A stretch of DNA of 64,000 bases, from assembly GCA_965202625.1 (NCBI GenBank), contig CBDBBI010000010.1, positions 2,528,001 to 2,592,000 of the forward strand, written 5' to 3'. This DNA comes from a bacterium. GTDB lineage: Bacteria > UBA8248. Below, piece after piece: positions 9,383-18,439 of the stretch. Below the pieces are notes generated by a model. It was not told where the DNA came from, searched no databases, and saw only the letters and a list, made by a program, of their open reading frames with translations. The position numbers and the translations under genes were made by a program. Within the stretch, counting starts at the first letter, position 1; each line of letters begins with the position of its first letter.

Positions 9383-10851
9383 CGCGGGCGGGCTTCATGA
9401 GGCTTTTCGTTCTGGCTGCCGGACTCGCCGCCGCCGTTTCTCTTCCCTCCTTCGCGTCGGCCCATGGGTTCGGCCAAAGATACGATCTGCCCGTGCCTCT
9501 GGGGTTGTTCATGCTCGGGGCGGGCGCGTCCGTTGCGCTCTCGTTTCTGGGAGTGGGTCTTTTCGTGCGCGCGGGGCGCAGAGGCGCGGATTATCCGCGC
9601 TGCGATCTCCTCGGTTCCCCGTTCACCTCGTGGATGGGCGGTGCGCGTCTCCTCTCGTCTATCAGGGCGCTTTCCTTGCTCTTGTTTGTCCTGACGCTGG
9701 CGGCGGGTCTGTGGGGAACCGAAAATCCGGAAAAAAACCTCGCTCCCACCATGGTCTGGATCGTCTGGTGGGTGGGCCTGGCCTACGTCTGCGCGCTGGC
9801 GGGGAACCTGTGGGCGCTGGTAAATCCCTGGGAGATCGCGTTTTCCTGGGCGGAGGCGCTCTACCGAAAAATGCGTCCGGGCGATTCCCTCTCGCTCGAG
9901 CACCCCTACCCTGAACGCCTGGGCGCCTGGCCGGCGCTGTGCCTGTTCCTGTGGTTCGCCTGGGCCGAGATCGTCTGGCCGTATAACGACCTCCCCCGTA
10001 ATATCGCGCTCGCCGCTCTGGGCTATTCCGTCATCACCTGGGCGGGTATGTACGTCTATGGCAAAAGGGCGTGGCTCGAAGGGGGCGAGGCGTTCTCCGT
10101 CATCTTCGGCGTGATGAGCCGCTTCTCCAGCACCGAGGCGGGTGCGAACGGGGATGGGGACGCGCGCGGGCGGTGGCGGCTCAGACCCCCGGCCGTGGGG
10201 CTGCTCGATGAGGATGGCGTGAGCGATTCCATGGTGGCTTTGGTGGTGTTGATGCTGTCGACGGTGAGTTTTGACGGCTTTACCGAAACCCCGCTTTGGC
10301 ACGTGATCCGCGCCGGAATATACGAGGGAGTCGCCTGGGCGGGGCGCGACGCCCTGCTCCTTGCCGACACGATTGCCCTCCTCTCCGCTCCGGTGCTGTT
10401 TCTGGGCGCGTACTACGGCTTCTGCGCCTTGATGCGCGCCATGAGCGGAAGCGCGCTCTCCACGCCTCAATTCGCGCGCCTGTTCGTGCTCTCCCTCGTG
10501 CCCATCGCGGTGGGGTATCACGTGGCGCATTATTTCTCTTTTCTTCTCGTTCAGGGGCAGCGCGTCATCGCGCTTTTGTCCGATCCTTTCGGGGCGGGCT
10601 GGAACCTGTGGGGGACGGCCGCCTACGAGATCGACATCGGCGTCATCGGCGCGAGGACGACCTGGCGCGTCTCGATAGCGGCGATCGTCATCGGCCACGT
10701 CTGCGCCGTCTATCTGGCCCACCGCACGGCGCTTCGCGCTCTGGAGAACCGCTTCGCCGCAGTGCGCAGCCAATACCCCATGCTCGTCCTCATGGTGGGC
10801 TACACCATGGCGAGCTTGTGGATCGTCGCCCAGCCGATAACGGGGGGATGA
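9379..10851 (+). CDS. Large integral membrane protein of unknown function (resembles the family often mislabelled fenitrothion hydrolase)
   Basis: AHGFGQRYDLPVP, VNPWE, STVSFDG, LVPIAVGYHVAHY and SDPFG motifs; ATGA overlap with the upstream gene. Confidence 0.75.
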   Translation: MTRAGFMRLFVLAAGLAAAVSLPSFASAHGFGQRYDLPVPLGLFMLGAGASVALSFLGVGLFVRAGRRGADYPRCDLLGSPFTSWMGGARLLSSIRALSLLLFVLTLAAGLWGTENPEKNLAPTMVWIVWWVGLAYVCALAGNLWALVNPWEIAFSWAEALYRKMRPGDSLSLEHPYPERLGAWPALCLFLWFAWAEIVWPYNDLPRNIALAALGYSVITWAGMYVYGKRAWLEGGEAFSVIFGVMSRFSSTEAGANGDGDARGRWRLRPPAVGLLDEDGVSDSMVALVVLMLSTVSFDGFTETPLWHVIRAGIYEGVAWAGRDALLLADTIALLSAPVLFLGAYYGFCALMRAMSGSALSTPQFARLFVLSLVPIAVGYHVAHYFSFLLVQGQRVIALLSDPFGAGWNLWGTAAYEIDIGVIGARTTWRVSIAAIVIGHVCAVYLAHRTALRALENRFAAVRSQYPMLVLMVGYTMASLWIVAQPITGG

Positions 10852-10932
10852 CGGCTTGCGAGGGCGCGGGTCTTCTCTTTCGCCCCTCGCGCGCCATGTC
10901 ATGGAGAGGGGGGCACCAGCCGCCGCATCGGT

Positions 10933-12225
10933 TCAGGGGAGTTCGGGCAACGCCATCCCTTCGCGTTTCGATTCCGGGAATTGTCTGCGGTAGTCCTCCA
11001 GCAATGCGCTCTTTTTCTTCGCATCCATCCTCTCGCCGGCGAGGTGGGCGATGAGATCGGTCGCCAAATTGCGATTTTTGGTGATGATTCTGCCGTCTGC
11101 GGCCCCGCCCGTCCAAAGAACGCCCTCCCACACTTTCTCGATGTTGTCTTCGGTGATCCCCCAGGGCAGGGCGTTCAAACTCTCGCACGCTTGCTGGTCG
11201 CTCATGTTGGTGGGAGCACCCGTGAGACGCAAAAAGGCGCGTACGAGACATTCCTGCCCCACAGGTTTGCCCAGCAGGTTCGCTTTCCGTATTTCTCGAC
11301 GCTTTTCGTCTCCCGATTCTCCCGATTCCTCTCGATCGCTCAGTGCATCGGCGAATACGTCGATTTCTTCCACCAGCGTTTCCCACACGCGCCGCACTTT
11401 ATCCCGGTAGAGGTGTTGTTCTTTCTTATCGGGTAGGTTGGTCGTGTCCAGTTTACCTTTAGGAAATGTCGTCTCGATAATCGCCTTGTTGCAGTTGTAG
11501 ATGATGGCCAGAGTGGTGAACTCCGGATCTCTCGGACGCAAGGTGTTGCTGGTGTATTTTGCGAGGCGTCCATCAAGCAGATCGTTGGTTATTTCGCGCG
11601 CGAGCACAGCGGCGAAATCGTCATCGTCTGTAACGATGTTTTGACCGGTCGTGATTTTTCTGGCGTATCGGTTGACGCGCGTGAAAATTTTGCGCGCTTT
11701 TTGCGGTTCGTAGGCGACCAGAATGACGGTAACGTCCTCTCGCGCCAGTTGCGCGCATGGCTCGATGCCGGAAATGTCGCGCGAAAAACCATTCTGGTCT
11801 CGCCCGGTAACGGCGAACTCAATCGCTTTCAGCCGGTGCTGTCCATCCAGTGGGACGAGCATCTCTCCTCCGGTGAAAGTGAGAAAACCCATGCCGGAAG
11901 CGGCTGTGCGATACAGGTTGGGCAAGCCTTTCGTCGTCATGTCAGATAAAGGCTCGAATAAGATTTCCTCCCCAAAGTTCATCGCTGCGACAATGATGGC
12001 GCCGAAAAAACGCGATTCATCGTTGGCCAGATACGGAGCGATTTGTTTTTTGACGCGGTTGTAGTTGATGTCGGATTGGTAGCGCTCCTCAATGGACATA
12101 TCGTCCCAACCTTCCATCTCTTTGGGAATTCTGACGCTGCTTATCAATTCCCCCGCCTTCATCGTGAGAATATAATAATCCGTGTCGCCCAACCGAGCCT
12201 TCATCGCGGCAATCGCTTTGGCCAT
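10933..12225 (-). CDS. DndB-like DGQHR-domain protein (DNA sulfur modification regulator family)
   Basis: LDGQHRL motif, YQSDINYNRV..IAPYL, FFGAIIV and IFTRVNRYAR; AAGAGG RBS. Confidence 0.85.
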   Translation of the reverse strand: MAKAIAAMKARLGDTDYYILTMKAGELISSVRIPKEMEGWDDMSIEERYQSDINYNRVKKQIAPYLANDESRFFGAIIVAAMNFGEEILFEPLSDMTTKGLPNLYRTAASGMGFLTFTGGEMLVPLDGQHRLKAIEFAVTGRDQNGFSRDISGIEPCAQLAREDVTVILVAYEPQKARKIFTRVNRYARKITTGQNIVTDDDDFAAVLAREITNDLLDGRLAKYTSNTLRPRDPEFTTLAIIYNCNKAIIETTFPKGKLDTTNLPDKKEQHLYRDKVRRVWETLVEEIDVFADALSDREESGESGDEKRREIRKANLLGKPVGQECLVRAFLRLTGAPTNMSDQQACESLNALPWGITEDNIEKVWEGVLWTGGAADGRIITKNRNLATDLIAHLAGERMDAKKKSALLEDYRRQFPESKREGMALPELP

Positions 12226-12267
12226 CCGGAACCTCTTAATGGTTGTGATGCTCGTTTTTTCTGGCCG

Positions 12268-12579
12268 CTAAAGCCGGATTAAGCGTCGCTCAAAGCGGTC
12301 AATTCTCCTTGGCTCTGGCTCCATGCGCATATAGCATATGTCCAGAAATGCGCCAAATTCCGCGATCCACAACCTGAGCGTTTCATTGTGGGAGCCGCGC
12401 CAGTGGTCCTTGAGTCGCTTTTGTATGGGTTGCCTGGGTGCCTGGCTTACGTAAACGCACTTGCCAGTCTTTCGAGACCAAAAAGCGTAAACGTCATGTG
12501 CCGAGCGCGGTATTCTGTCGATGGTGTTGTAGTCCCACCTGAAAACTTCGCGGTGCTTATCCTTCTTTTGTTGACGCAT
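12268..12579 (-). CDS. Small GIY-YIG-like endonuclease, probably damaged
   Basis: VYAF...CVYVSQA...IQKRLKDH...ERRLIRL pattern. YVG is changed to YVS and the protein stops at TAG where W-x-P-x-x-N would be expected. Confidence 0.55.
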   Translation of the reverse strand: MRQQKKDKHREVFRWDYNTIDRIPRSAHDVYAFWSRKTGKCVYVSQAPRQPIQKRLKDHWRGSHNETLRLWIAEFGAFLDICYMRMEPEPRRIDRFERRLIRL

Positions 12580-14360
12580 GAATCAAAAAGACCACACTTT
12601 CTTTGCGGCGATTCTCTCCAGCTTTTCTGCTTGGCGGCTATCGCGTCTGGCGACCACTCTTCGTGAGCAATCTGTCGGGTAAGCGCGACGGCACTACGCC
12701 CGAAAATCTCTTTCTTTCGGGCAAAGCTCGCGTTGTCGCTTTTGCCTGGCCTGTTGTCTTTCTGCCCGATCAGAGTCAGATTGCCTATCCGATGAATCCA
12801 ATGCTCAGGTTTTTGCTCCTTGAAATTCTTCCAGTCTGCCCAATGCTCTGGCGACTTGGGAAGAATATGCTCCACCGTGCAGTGGGCTTCGTTAATCAGG
12901 TCGCTGTCGCTTTGCATGTGATGGTTCACGCTGAGCAGAAAACGCTTGCTTCTTCTTCTCGCATCGCGGATTTCGATAGATTTCATTTTCTCGATGAATG
13001 TATCGTCGTCGATGATTCCGTAGGTTCCGTCGAATTCTTCTAAGGCGGCCATGACGTCAATATCGTCCAGTTTTTCGGTGGCCATGATTTTTTTCGCCAG
13101 GGCCGAAAACTCGCTCTCGAAATGCGAAGGCTCAAATTTGGGGGAGACGAAAGCCGTCCGCATGATGAAAGAGGTGATGCGTTTGAGATCAGCGTGAATG
13201 CGTTTCGCCAAACGCCTTTTTTCTCTTGTATCCGGTTCTATGACGTAGCGGCTCAACAGTGCGAACACCATCGGTTGTGCCACCTTGTAGGTTTTCAGTT
13301 CCTGAAGAAAAACGGACAGGTTTCGCTTGCGGTTATTCGAGTGGGAATGCTTTTGAAAAATTTGGATAAAATCACCCGTCATGCTTGGACTTGTGATTGT
13401 CTGGAAAAGCTCCACGCTGTCCGGGCGGGAGAATTCACTCACCAAATTATAGATATAGTTCGCTGGATTTTTGGAATCAATTACGGAGCGAATGGTGTTG
13501 CGGGTCGTCCGGTAAAAACTTTTTTGGGGCAAAAAGCCGTATTTGCACTGAAAATAGCATCGTGCGTATTCGCCCGCCTTCATGTCGTTCCTCAATTGCG
13601 CGCGCATATTTTCCAGGTTCTCGTGTACCGTGTCGCGCCGTGCTTGTTCCTCGGGTGCGTTGAAATAGGAATACATGAAATTGCGAATCAGATCCCAATC
13701 CTCAAGTTGCTTGCCTCGGCAGTTGATCGTCTCATACACGGAGTTCGGGTCTACTGCATCTGGTATGTAGAGGCACGCGACTTCAATTTTTTTGAGCAAA
13801 AATTCCATGAATCGTTTGGCGTTTTCTGGTTCCATAAGAGAGATGAATTGATCGATCTCCCGCCACGCATCGGTGAGTTTGCCGTTTGTTCCGATGCTGT
13901 CTCCGCGAATCATCAGGTTGTAGCGTGTTTTGTCGTCTCTCGGCGGCGTGAGGCGGGGTTCAAATTCGCTGACGTCGTCAAGCCGCGCCGCGTTGGTCGC
14001 ACCCAAATCGAACAAAACCTTAAGCGCGAAATACTCATATATTTGTTCGTTCGCCTCTTGAAACAAGCGACTGAGGCGCGCGCAAACGAGGGAGACCGTC
14101 ACCATGCGTTGCTGGCCGTCGTTGATTTCCCAAACTTTCGTTCCTTTTTCCACTAGCATGATCGCACCGAGAAAATAACAGTTGCGATTTTCTTTGATGG
14201 CTTCATCTATGTCCTCAAGCAATTCCCGAACGTGCTCTTTCGTCCAGTCGTATCGCCGTTGATGCCAGGGCACGACGAACTTTCCCGCGTGAAACAGGTG
14301 CGAGAAAACCCTCTGCCTCGTTGTGATGATGGTTTCTTCGGCGGCGGGCGTTGTGCTCAC
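12447..14360 (-). CDS. DUF262 (DGQQR NTPase) plus DUF1524 (HNH) nuclease, GmrSD/SspE-like; native stop probably 12583 after a 1-nt frameshift near 12623-12626
   Basis: VPWHQRRYDW, YFLGAIML, INDGQQR, YETINCRGKQL, TVEHILPKS and HRIGNLTL motifs. The GTG start overlaps the dndC-like stop (GTGA). Confidence 0.88.
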   Translation of the reverse strand: MSTTPAAEETIITTRQRVFSHLFHAGKFVVPWHQRRYDWTKEHVRELLEDIDEAIKENRNCYFLGAIMLVEKGTKVWEINDGQQRMVTVSLVCARLSRLFQEANEQIYEYFALKVLFDLGATNAARLDDVSEFEPRLTPPRDDKTRYNLMIRGDSIGTNGKLTDAWREIDQFISLMEPENAKRFMEFLLKKIEVACLYIPDAVDPNSVYETINCRGKQLEDWDLIRNFMYSYFNAPEEQARRDTVHENLENMRAQLRNDMKAGEYARCYFQCKYGFLPQKSFYRTTRNTIRSVIDSKNPANYIYNLVSEFSRPDSVELFQTITSPSMTGDFIQIFQKHSHSNNRKRNLSVFLQELKTYKVAQPMVFALLSRYVIEPDTREKRRLAKRIHADLKRITSFIMRTAFVSPKFEPSHFESEFSALAKKIMATEKLDDIDVMAALEEFDGTYGIIDDDTFIEKMKSIEIRDARRRSKRFLLSVNHHMQSDSDLINEAHCTVEHILPKSPEHWADWKNFKEQKPEHWIHRIGNLTLIGQKDNRPGKSDNASFARKKEIFGRSAVALTRQIAHEEWSPDAIAAKQKSWRESPQRKCGLFDSCVNKRRISTAKFSGGTTTPSTEYRARHMTFTLFGLERLASAFT

Positions 14361-15508
14361 GTGCACGCCTCGATCAGCGCTAGCCTCCCGTTTTCGCGCA
14401 CCTTGTCCACGCGCCATATCTCCTCGATCATCTCGATTTCAGACGGCAAAACGAGCCGCTCTCCGACCTCTCCCTCCAGTTCATGGAGACGGCGGAGAAT
14501 TTCGCTGCGCACCTCGAACCGAAACGGGCCCCGGACGAGGTTCCCGTTGGGCTTGAGTTTGGCCTTGCCGTCCCGTCGCACGGGCATTCGGTTCTCGTTG
14601 TTCTCGCGCAATTCGATGAGCCATTCCCGGAAATCCGCCAATGCCTCGAATTTCTCCTCCTCTTCATGCCCGGCGGCGATGATGCCGCGCAGGCTCCTGT
14701 CTTTCTTGATGACGGTACACGTCCAGCAACCAAAACGCGGCGAGGTCGTTCCGCACGATGGCGCGTCCTCTTTCGTCAGCACGAGCGGGCAGTCGCCGCC
14801 GCCTGCGTTGCGATAGAGGGTGATCAGGTTGCGGTGGGTGCCGCCCCAGGGCGGGTTGAGCTGCGGTAGAATCATCCACACCTCGTCGTCGCGGAGATCG
14901 GCGAGAGGTGCCCACGTGCGGCACCCCTCTATCGTTCCGTGCGGCTGCGTTTCTTCGGCCTGCACTCCGTGCTTTTCCATGTTGCGGCGTCTGTTCTGTG
15001 ATTCGCTTCTGCGCGTGCCGATCAGCAGCACTGCGCGCTTATGTCTGCGCAGGAGGTTTTCCAGTAGATGCTCGGTGGGGCGGATTTTCATCCTGTCCGT
15101 GCACCAGCGGAAATTGCGCGTGGGCGGAACGTATCCCCGGCCGATCACGTTCACCCAGAAGGTCTGATCAACGCAGGGTTTCGTAAGAGCAACGCGGACG
15201 GGCAGCACGTCCTTCTCCGCCGCCGCCCTGATGGCGTCGAGACTCTCTTTCAGATGCCGAATCACGAGGGGCGATTCGACCAGCGTATCGTTTCCGATGA
15301 CGTGCATCTCGCGTCTGCGCTCCCCTGGAGGGCAGGAAAGCATGGCTTCCCAGGCGAGATGAAGGAGCAGGGTAGAATCCTTGCCGCCCGAGTAGGCGAC
15401 CATCCACGGGTCGGCGGGCGCCTTGCGATATTCCGTCCGCATGACTTCCCGGATGGATGCAAGCCGCGCGGCTGTCTCATGGACGTTGAGCTGCGGCCCC
15501 GCGCGCAT
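14357..15508 (-). CDS. dndC: DndC-like DNA phosphorothioation sulfurtransferase (PAPS-reductase family)
   Basis: WMVAYSGGKDS PP-loop, NDTLVESP, FWVNVIGRGY, FRWCTDRMKI, GTRRSES and SCG..SPRFGCWTCTV Fe-S cysteines. Confidence 0.88.
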   Translation of the reverse strand: MRAGPQLNVHETAARLASIREVMRTEYRKAPADPWMVAYSGGKDSTLLLHLAWEAMLSCPPGERRREMHVIGNDTLVESPLVIRHLKESLDAIRAAAEKDVLPVRVALTKPCVDQTFWVNVIGRGYVPPTRNFRWCTDRMKIRPTEHLLENLLRRHKRAVLLIGTRRSESQNRRRNMEKHGVQAEETQPHGTIEGCRTWAPLADLRDDEVWMILPQLNPPWGGTHRNLITLYRNAGGGDCPLVLTKEDAPSCGTTSPRFGCWTCTVIKKDRSLRGIIAAGHEEEEKFEALADFREWLIELRENNENRMPVRRDGKAKLKPNGNLVRGPFRFEVRSEILRRLHELEGEVGERLVLPSEIEMIEEIWRVDKVRENGRLALIEACT

Positions 15509-15706
15509 TTCGTCCTCGCTGGGCGTGAACAACCCGGCTTTATGATAAAAGATTGGATCGAACCCTTAAAACCTGAATATAAGGGGAGAGGGGAGGGCGA
15601 ATCAAACGGCGCATGGCTTCAGCCCATTCCCTTGTTCGCAGGCCAGGCACGCGCGCGCCGTTTTAAGCGGAATGGATTTTCGCCCTTGCCGGGCGGAGGA
15701 GGCGCC

Positions 15707-16588
15707 ATGAACGACGCGCTGCTGGCGGCGGGTTTCGCACTGGGCACCGCGTCCATGTCCTCGGCCTTCAGCCTCGTCGCCAGGCGCGGGCAGCAGCATG
15801 GCTCGGCGATGACGGGCGTCGTCATCGGTTTGCTCGCCAACGTCCCCTGGTTGATCGTGCTCACGATTCTCACCTGGGAGCCCGCCTACTGGAGCGGAGA
15901 AGCCTGGTTTTGGTTCTTCCTATCGGGCCTCACGGGGCCCTCGCTCGGCCGCGTGTTCATGTTTCGGGCGATACACAGCCTCGGGGTGTCGCGCGCGATT
16001 CCCCTCATGGCGGCGAATCCGCTTTTCTCCGCCGTCTTCGCCTACTTCTTCCTCGGCGAGCGGCCAGGGGCTTACGTCTGGGCGGGAATCGTCCTGGTCG
16101 TCCTGGGCTGCGTCGGCATCACCTATCAGCGCAAGAGCGACGCACCCTGGGACAGGCGCGCCATCTGGCTGCCCCTGATGGCCGTTTTAGGGTTCTCCAT
16201 CTCCAACATATTCCGAAAGGTCGGAATCGATCTCGTCCCCTCGGCGCTTCTGGGCATCACGCTCACCAGCGTTTTCGGTCTCGCCGCCCTGCTCGCCCTC
16301 CTGCCGCTTTTGCCCAAAGCCCAGCGCCCATCTCTGGGGTGGGGACGCGCCTGGCATTTTTACGGTCCCTGCGGGTTGCTCAACACCCTGGCGTTTCTGA
16401 GCCATTTCGCCGCCTTGAAGTATGGAGACGTATCGGTCGTATCGCCGCTTTCCTCCACGGCACCTCTCTTCGCGCTCCTGTTCACCTGGATGTTTTTGCG
16501 CGATGTGGAGCGCATCACGCTCCCCATCGTGCTGGGGACGGTCTGCACCGTGGCGGGAGGGGTGCTCATCGCTCTGCAAGCGATGTAG
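15707..16588 (+). CDS. DMT/EamA family transporter, paralogue of 7945..8826
   Basis: GGAGGAGG RBS before ATG 15707, 293 aa, motifs shared with 7945..8826. Confidence 0.85.
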   Translation: MNDALLAAGFALGTASMSSAFSLVARRGQQHGSAMTGVVIGLLANVPWLIVLTILTWEPAYWSGEAWFWFFLSGLTGPSLGRVFMFRAIHSLGVSRAIPLMAANPLFSAVFAYFFLGERPGAYVWAGIVLVVLGCVGITYQRKSDAPWDRRAIWLPLMAVLGFSISNIFRKVGIDLVPSALLGITLTSVFGLAALLALLPLLPKAQRPSLGWGRAWHFYGPCGLLNTLAFLSHFAALKYGDVSVVSPLSSTAPLFALLFTWMFLRDVERITLPIVLGTVCTVAGGVLIALQAM

Positions 16589-16591
16589 CGC

Positions 16592-17137
16592 TCAGCCCGT
16601 GAGGAGCGCCCGTATTTCGGGAGCGACGTTCCGGGCGCGCTCCCGAAGCTGCGCGTCCGTCAGGCTGCCCACCGGATGGGGGACGTAGGCCACCGGATAG
16701 CCCGGCATTCCGCGCACCCTGGAGACCATCTCGACCGTGGGCCGAAAGGGTTCGGTGCAGATGACGGCGGTGGGGACGCCTCGTTTCTCCAACTCGATTC
16801 CATCGTGCACACTGCACGAGGAGCAGGAGCCTCAGTCGCCCACCGCGGTGATGGCGAGGTCGCATTTCTCGGCCATCTTCGCATACATCTCCGGCTTCGC
16901 CGGTCGGGTGTCATATTCCTTCGACAGCGCAACGGCGAGGTCGGGGTCCGCTCCGTCCGTCCGCAGTTCCTCAAGCACGTAGCGCATGAGCTTGTCCGCG
17001 CCCACCTTGGAGTTCCAGAGCAAGCCGATCCGCTTGCCGGCCAGTGCGCCGTCGCGCTCGATGCGCCTCTCGTCTTCGATCTCCGGCTCCACGGTCGGAT
17101 CGTAAATCGGTATCGCCGTATCCACTGCGGAATTCAT
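16592..17137 (-). CDS. UGSC-family selenoprotein (181 aa, Sec at TGA 16834-16832)
   Basis: ORFs 16832..17137 and 16592..16810 are in frame. Read-through gives AITAVGD-U-GSCSSCSVHDGIELEKRGVPT, and a hairpin follows the TGA. Confidence 0.88.
16799..16822 (-). promoter_or_regulatory. Putative bacterial SECIS element
   Basis: Perfect stem TCGTGCA-GTG-TGCACGA begins 12 nt after the TGA and extends by TCC/GGA pairing; G-containing apical loop. Confidence 0.7.
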
Positions 17138-18213
17138 CGAGCACTCCCTCCCGTCAGTTCGCCATCGTTGGATTCTGTATTTTTACTTTTCCTCTCCGTC
17201 GCGCTCAGAACCGGGCGGGTGACGGCCTCCCCGTTTCGCCTCCTGCTCCACGAGGGCACCCATGAGGAATGTCCTCCGGCCTCTCCGCCGGCGACCACGA
17301 CGTGGACGTCCTCGGGGGTGAGCGCGTGGCGCACGTTCCCGTTCTCGTCGGCGGCGATGGGCTTGTCGATCTTGCCGGTTTTGAGGAGCAGGCGTAAGGG
17401 GAGCGTCGCGTTCTCGAACAGGTATTCCCTGAGTTCCCTCTTCGTGGGGAATTCCTGCCCCAGAAGATGCGCGTGCTCGGGCGCGAAAACGAAGAAGGAT
17501 TGTCCCTCGCTCATGCTGCCCAGGCCCGTCATGGTGGCGGCGGCGGTTTCGGCGATTCCCCGTCCGCGTCCGTAGTGGTTCTGAATGTTGTGTGGCCCCT
17601 CGGCGGCGAGCAGGGTGACCGCGCTCCTCCCCTCGGCATGTCCCAGATCTACGCTCAGCGGCTCCCAGGGGCTTTTCTCTTCCCATTCGGCGAAGGTGAA
17701 ACTGTATTTGCCCGGATTTCCCTGGGTGGAGCGATCCAGCAGCCCCGGTTTCGAGCCCAGGCAGTTGATGATGACGAGTCGAAGCGCGCGGCCTATCGTC
17801 GCGCCCGCGCGGTTGCCCGGTCCGTAGATGTTTCCCGCCATGTGGAGGTCTATCTCGTGGCGCACCGGACCGTTGACGACCATGAAGGGCGCCGCCCCGC
17901 CCGTGCTGGTGGCGCTCGAGTGCAGGTTGTAGGCAGGGTCGGCCATGGCCTCCAGCGCGGCGAGAATGACCGGCATGTAGGAGGGCAGACACCCCGCCAT
18001 GATGGCGTTGAGCGCCACCTTCTCAGCGCGCACCGTCCTTTTTCGCTCCGCCAGGCGAAATACGACGTCCTCCGCCTCAAGGCCCGAGGCTTCCAGAAAG
18101 CGCTCAAGCAGGTCCGGTCTGGGCGGAACGACGGGCAGGCCGTCCGTCCATCCCCTCGCGTGATAAACCTCCATCGCCTCGTAGAGATCCACAGCCTCGC
18201 TCACCGCGTCCAC
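17134..18213 (-). CDS. Conserved hypothetical protein, partner of the UGSC protein
   Basis: GWTDGLPVVPP, VALNAIMAGC, NRAGATIGRA and QGNPGKY motifs; ATGA overlap with the UGSC gene. Confidence 0.8.
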   Translation of the reverse strand: MDAVSEAVDLYEAMEVYHARGWTDGLPVVPPRPDLLERFLEASGLEAEDVVFRLAERKRTVRAEKVALNAIMAGCLPSYMPVILAALEAMADPAYNLHSSATSTGGAAPFMVVNGPVRHEIDLHMAGNIYGPGNRAGATIGRALRLVIINCLGSKPGLLDRSTQGNPGKYSFTFAEWEEKSPWEPLSVDLGHAEGRSAVTLLAAEGPHNIQNHYGRGRGIAETAAATMTGLGSMSEGQSFFVFAPEHAHLLGQEFPTKRELREYLFENATLPLRLLLKTGKIDKPIAADENGNVRHALTPEDVHVVVAGGEAGGHSSWVPSWSRRRNGEAVTRPVLSATERKSKNTESNDGELTGGSAR

Positions 18214-18439
18214 TGAAGCCTCCTGTGCTCAGATACACTCTCTCAAGACGCAGAATATCCCAGAGAGGCGATTTTGAAAACGCGCGCCCCGGAAACCAGG
18301 GCGGTCCTCTCCCGCCGGCGGAGGAGGGACGCCGCGCCCTCGCGGCTTCGGAGACGACTTACGTTTGGTGTATCATTCTCCCATCCCGCCCCGCGCTCGC
18401 CCTGGACGATTGGTGGGCGCAACCAGAAGGAGCGGCTAG

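Noticed and set aside
15068-15706. N-terminal extension of the 506-aa ORF 15068..16588
   Set aside because: Overlaps dndC on the other strand; a strong RBS and the paralogue length support the start at 15707.
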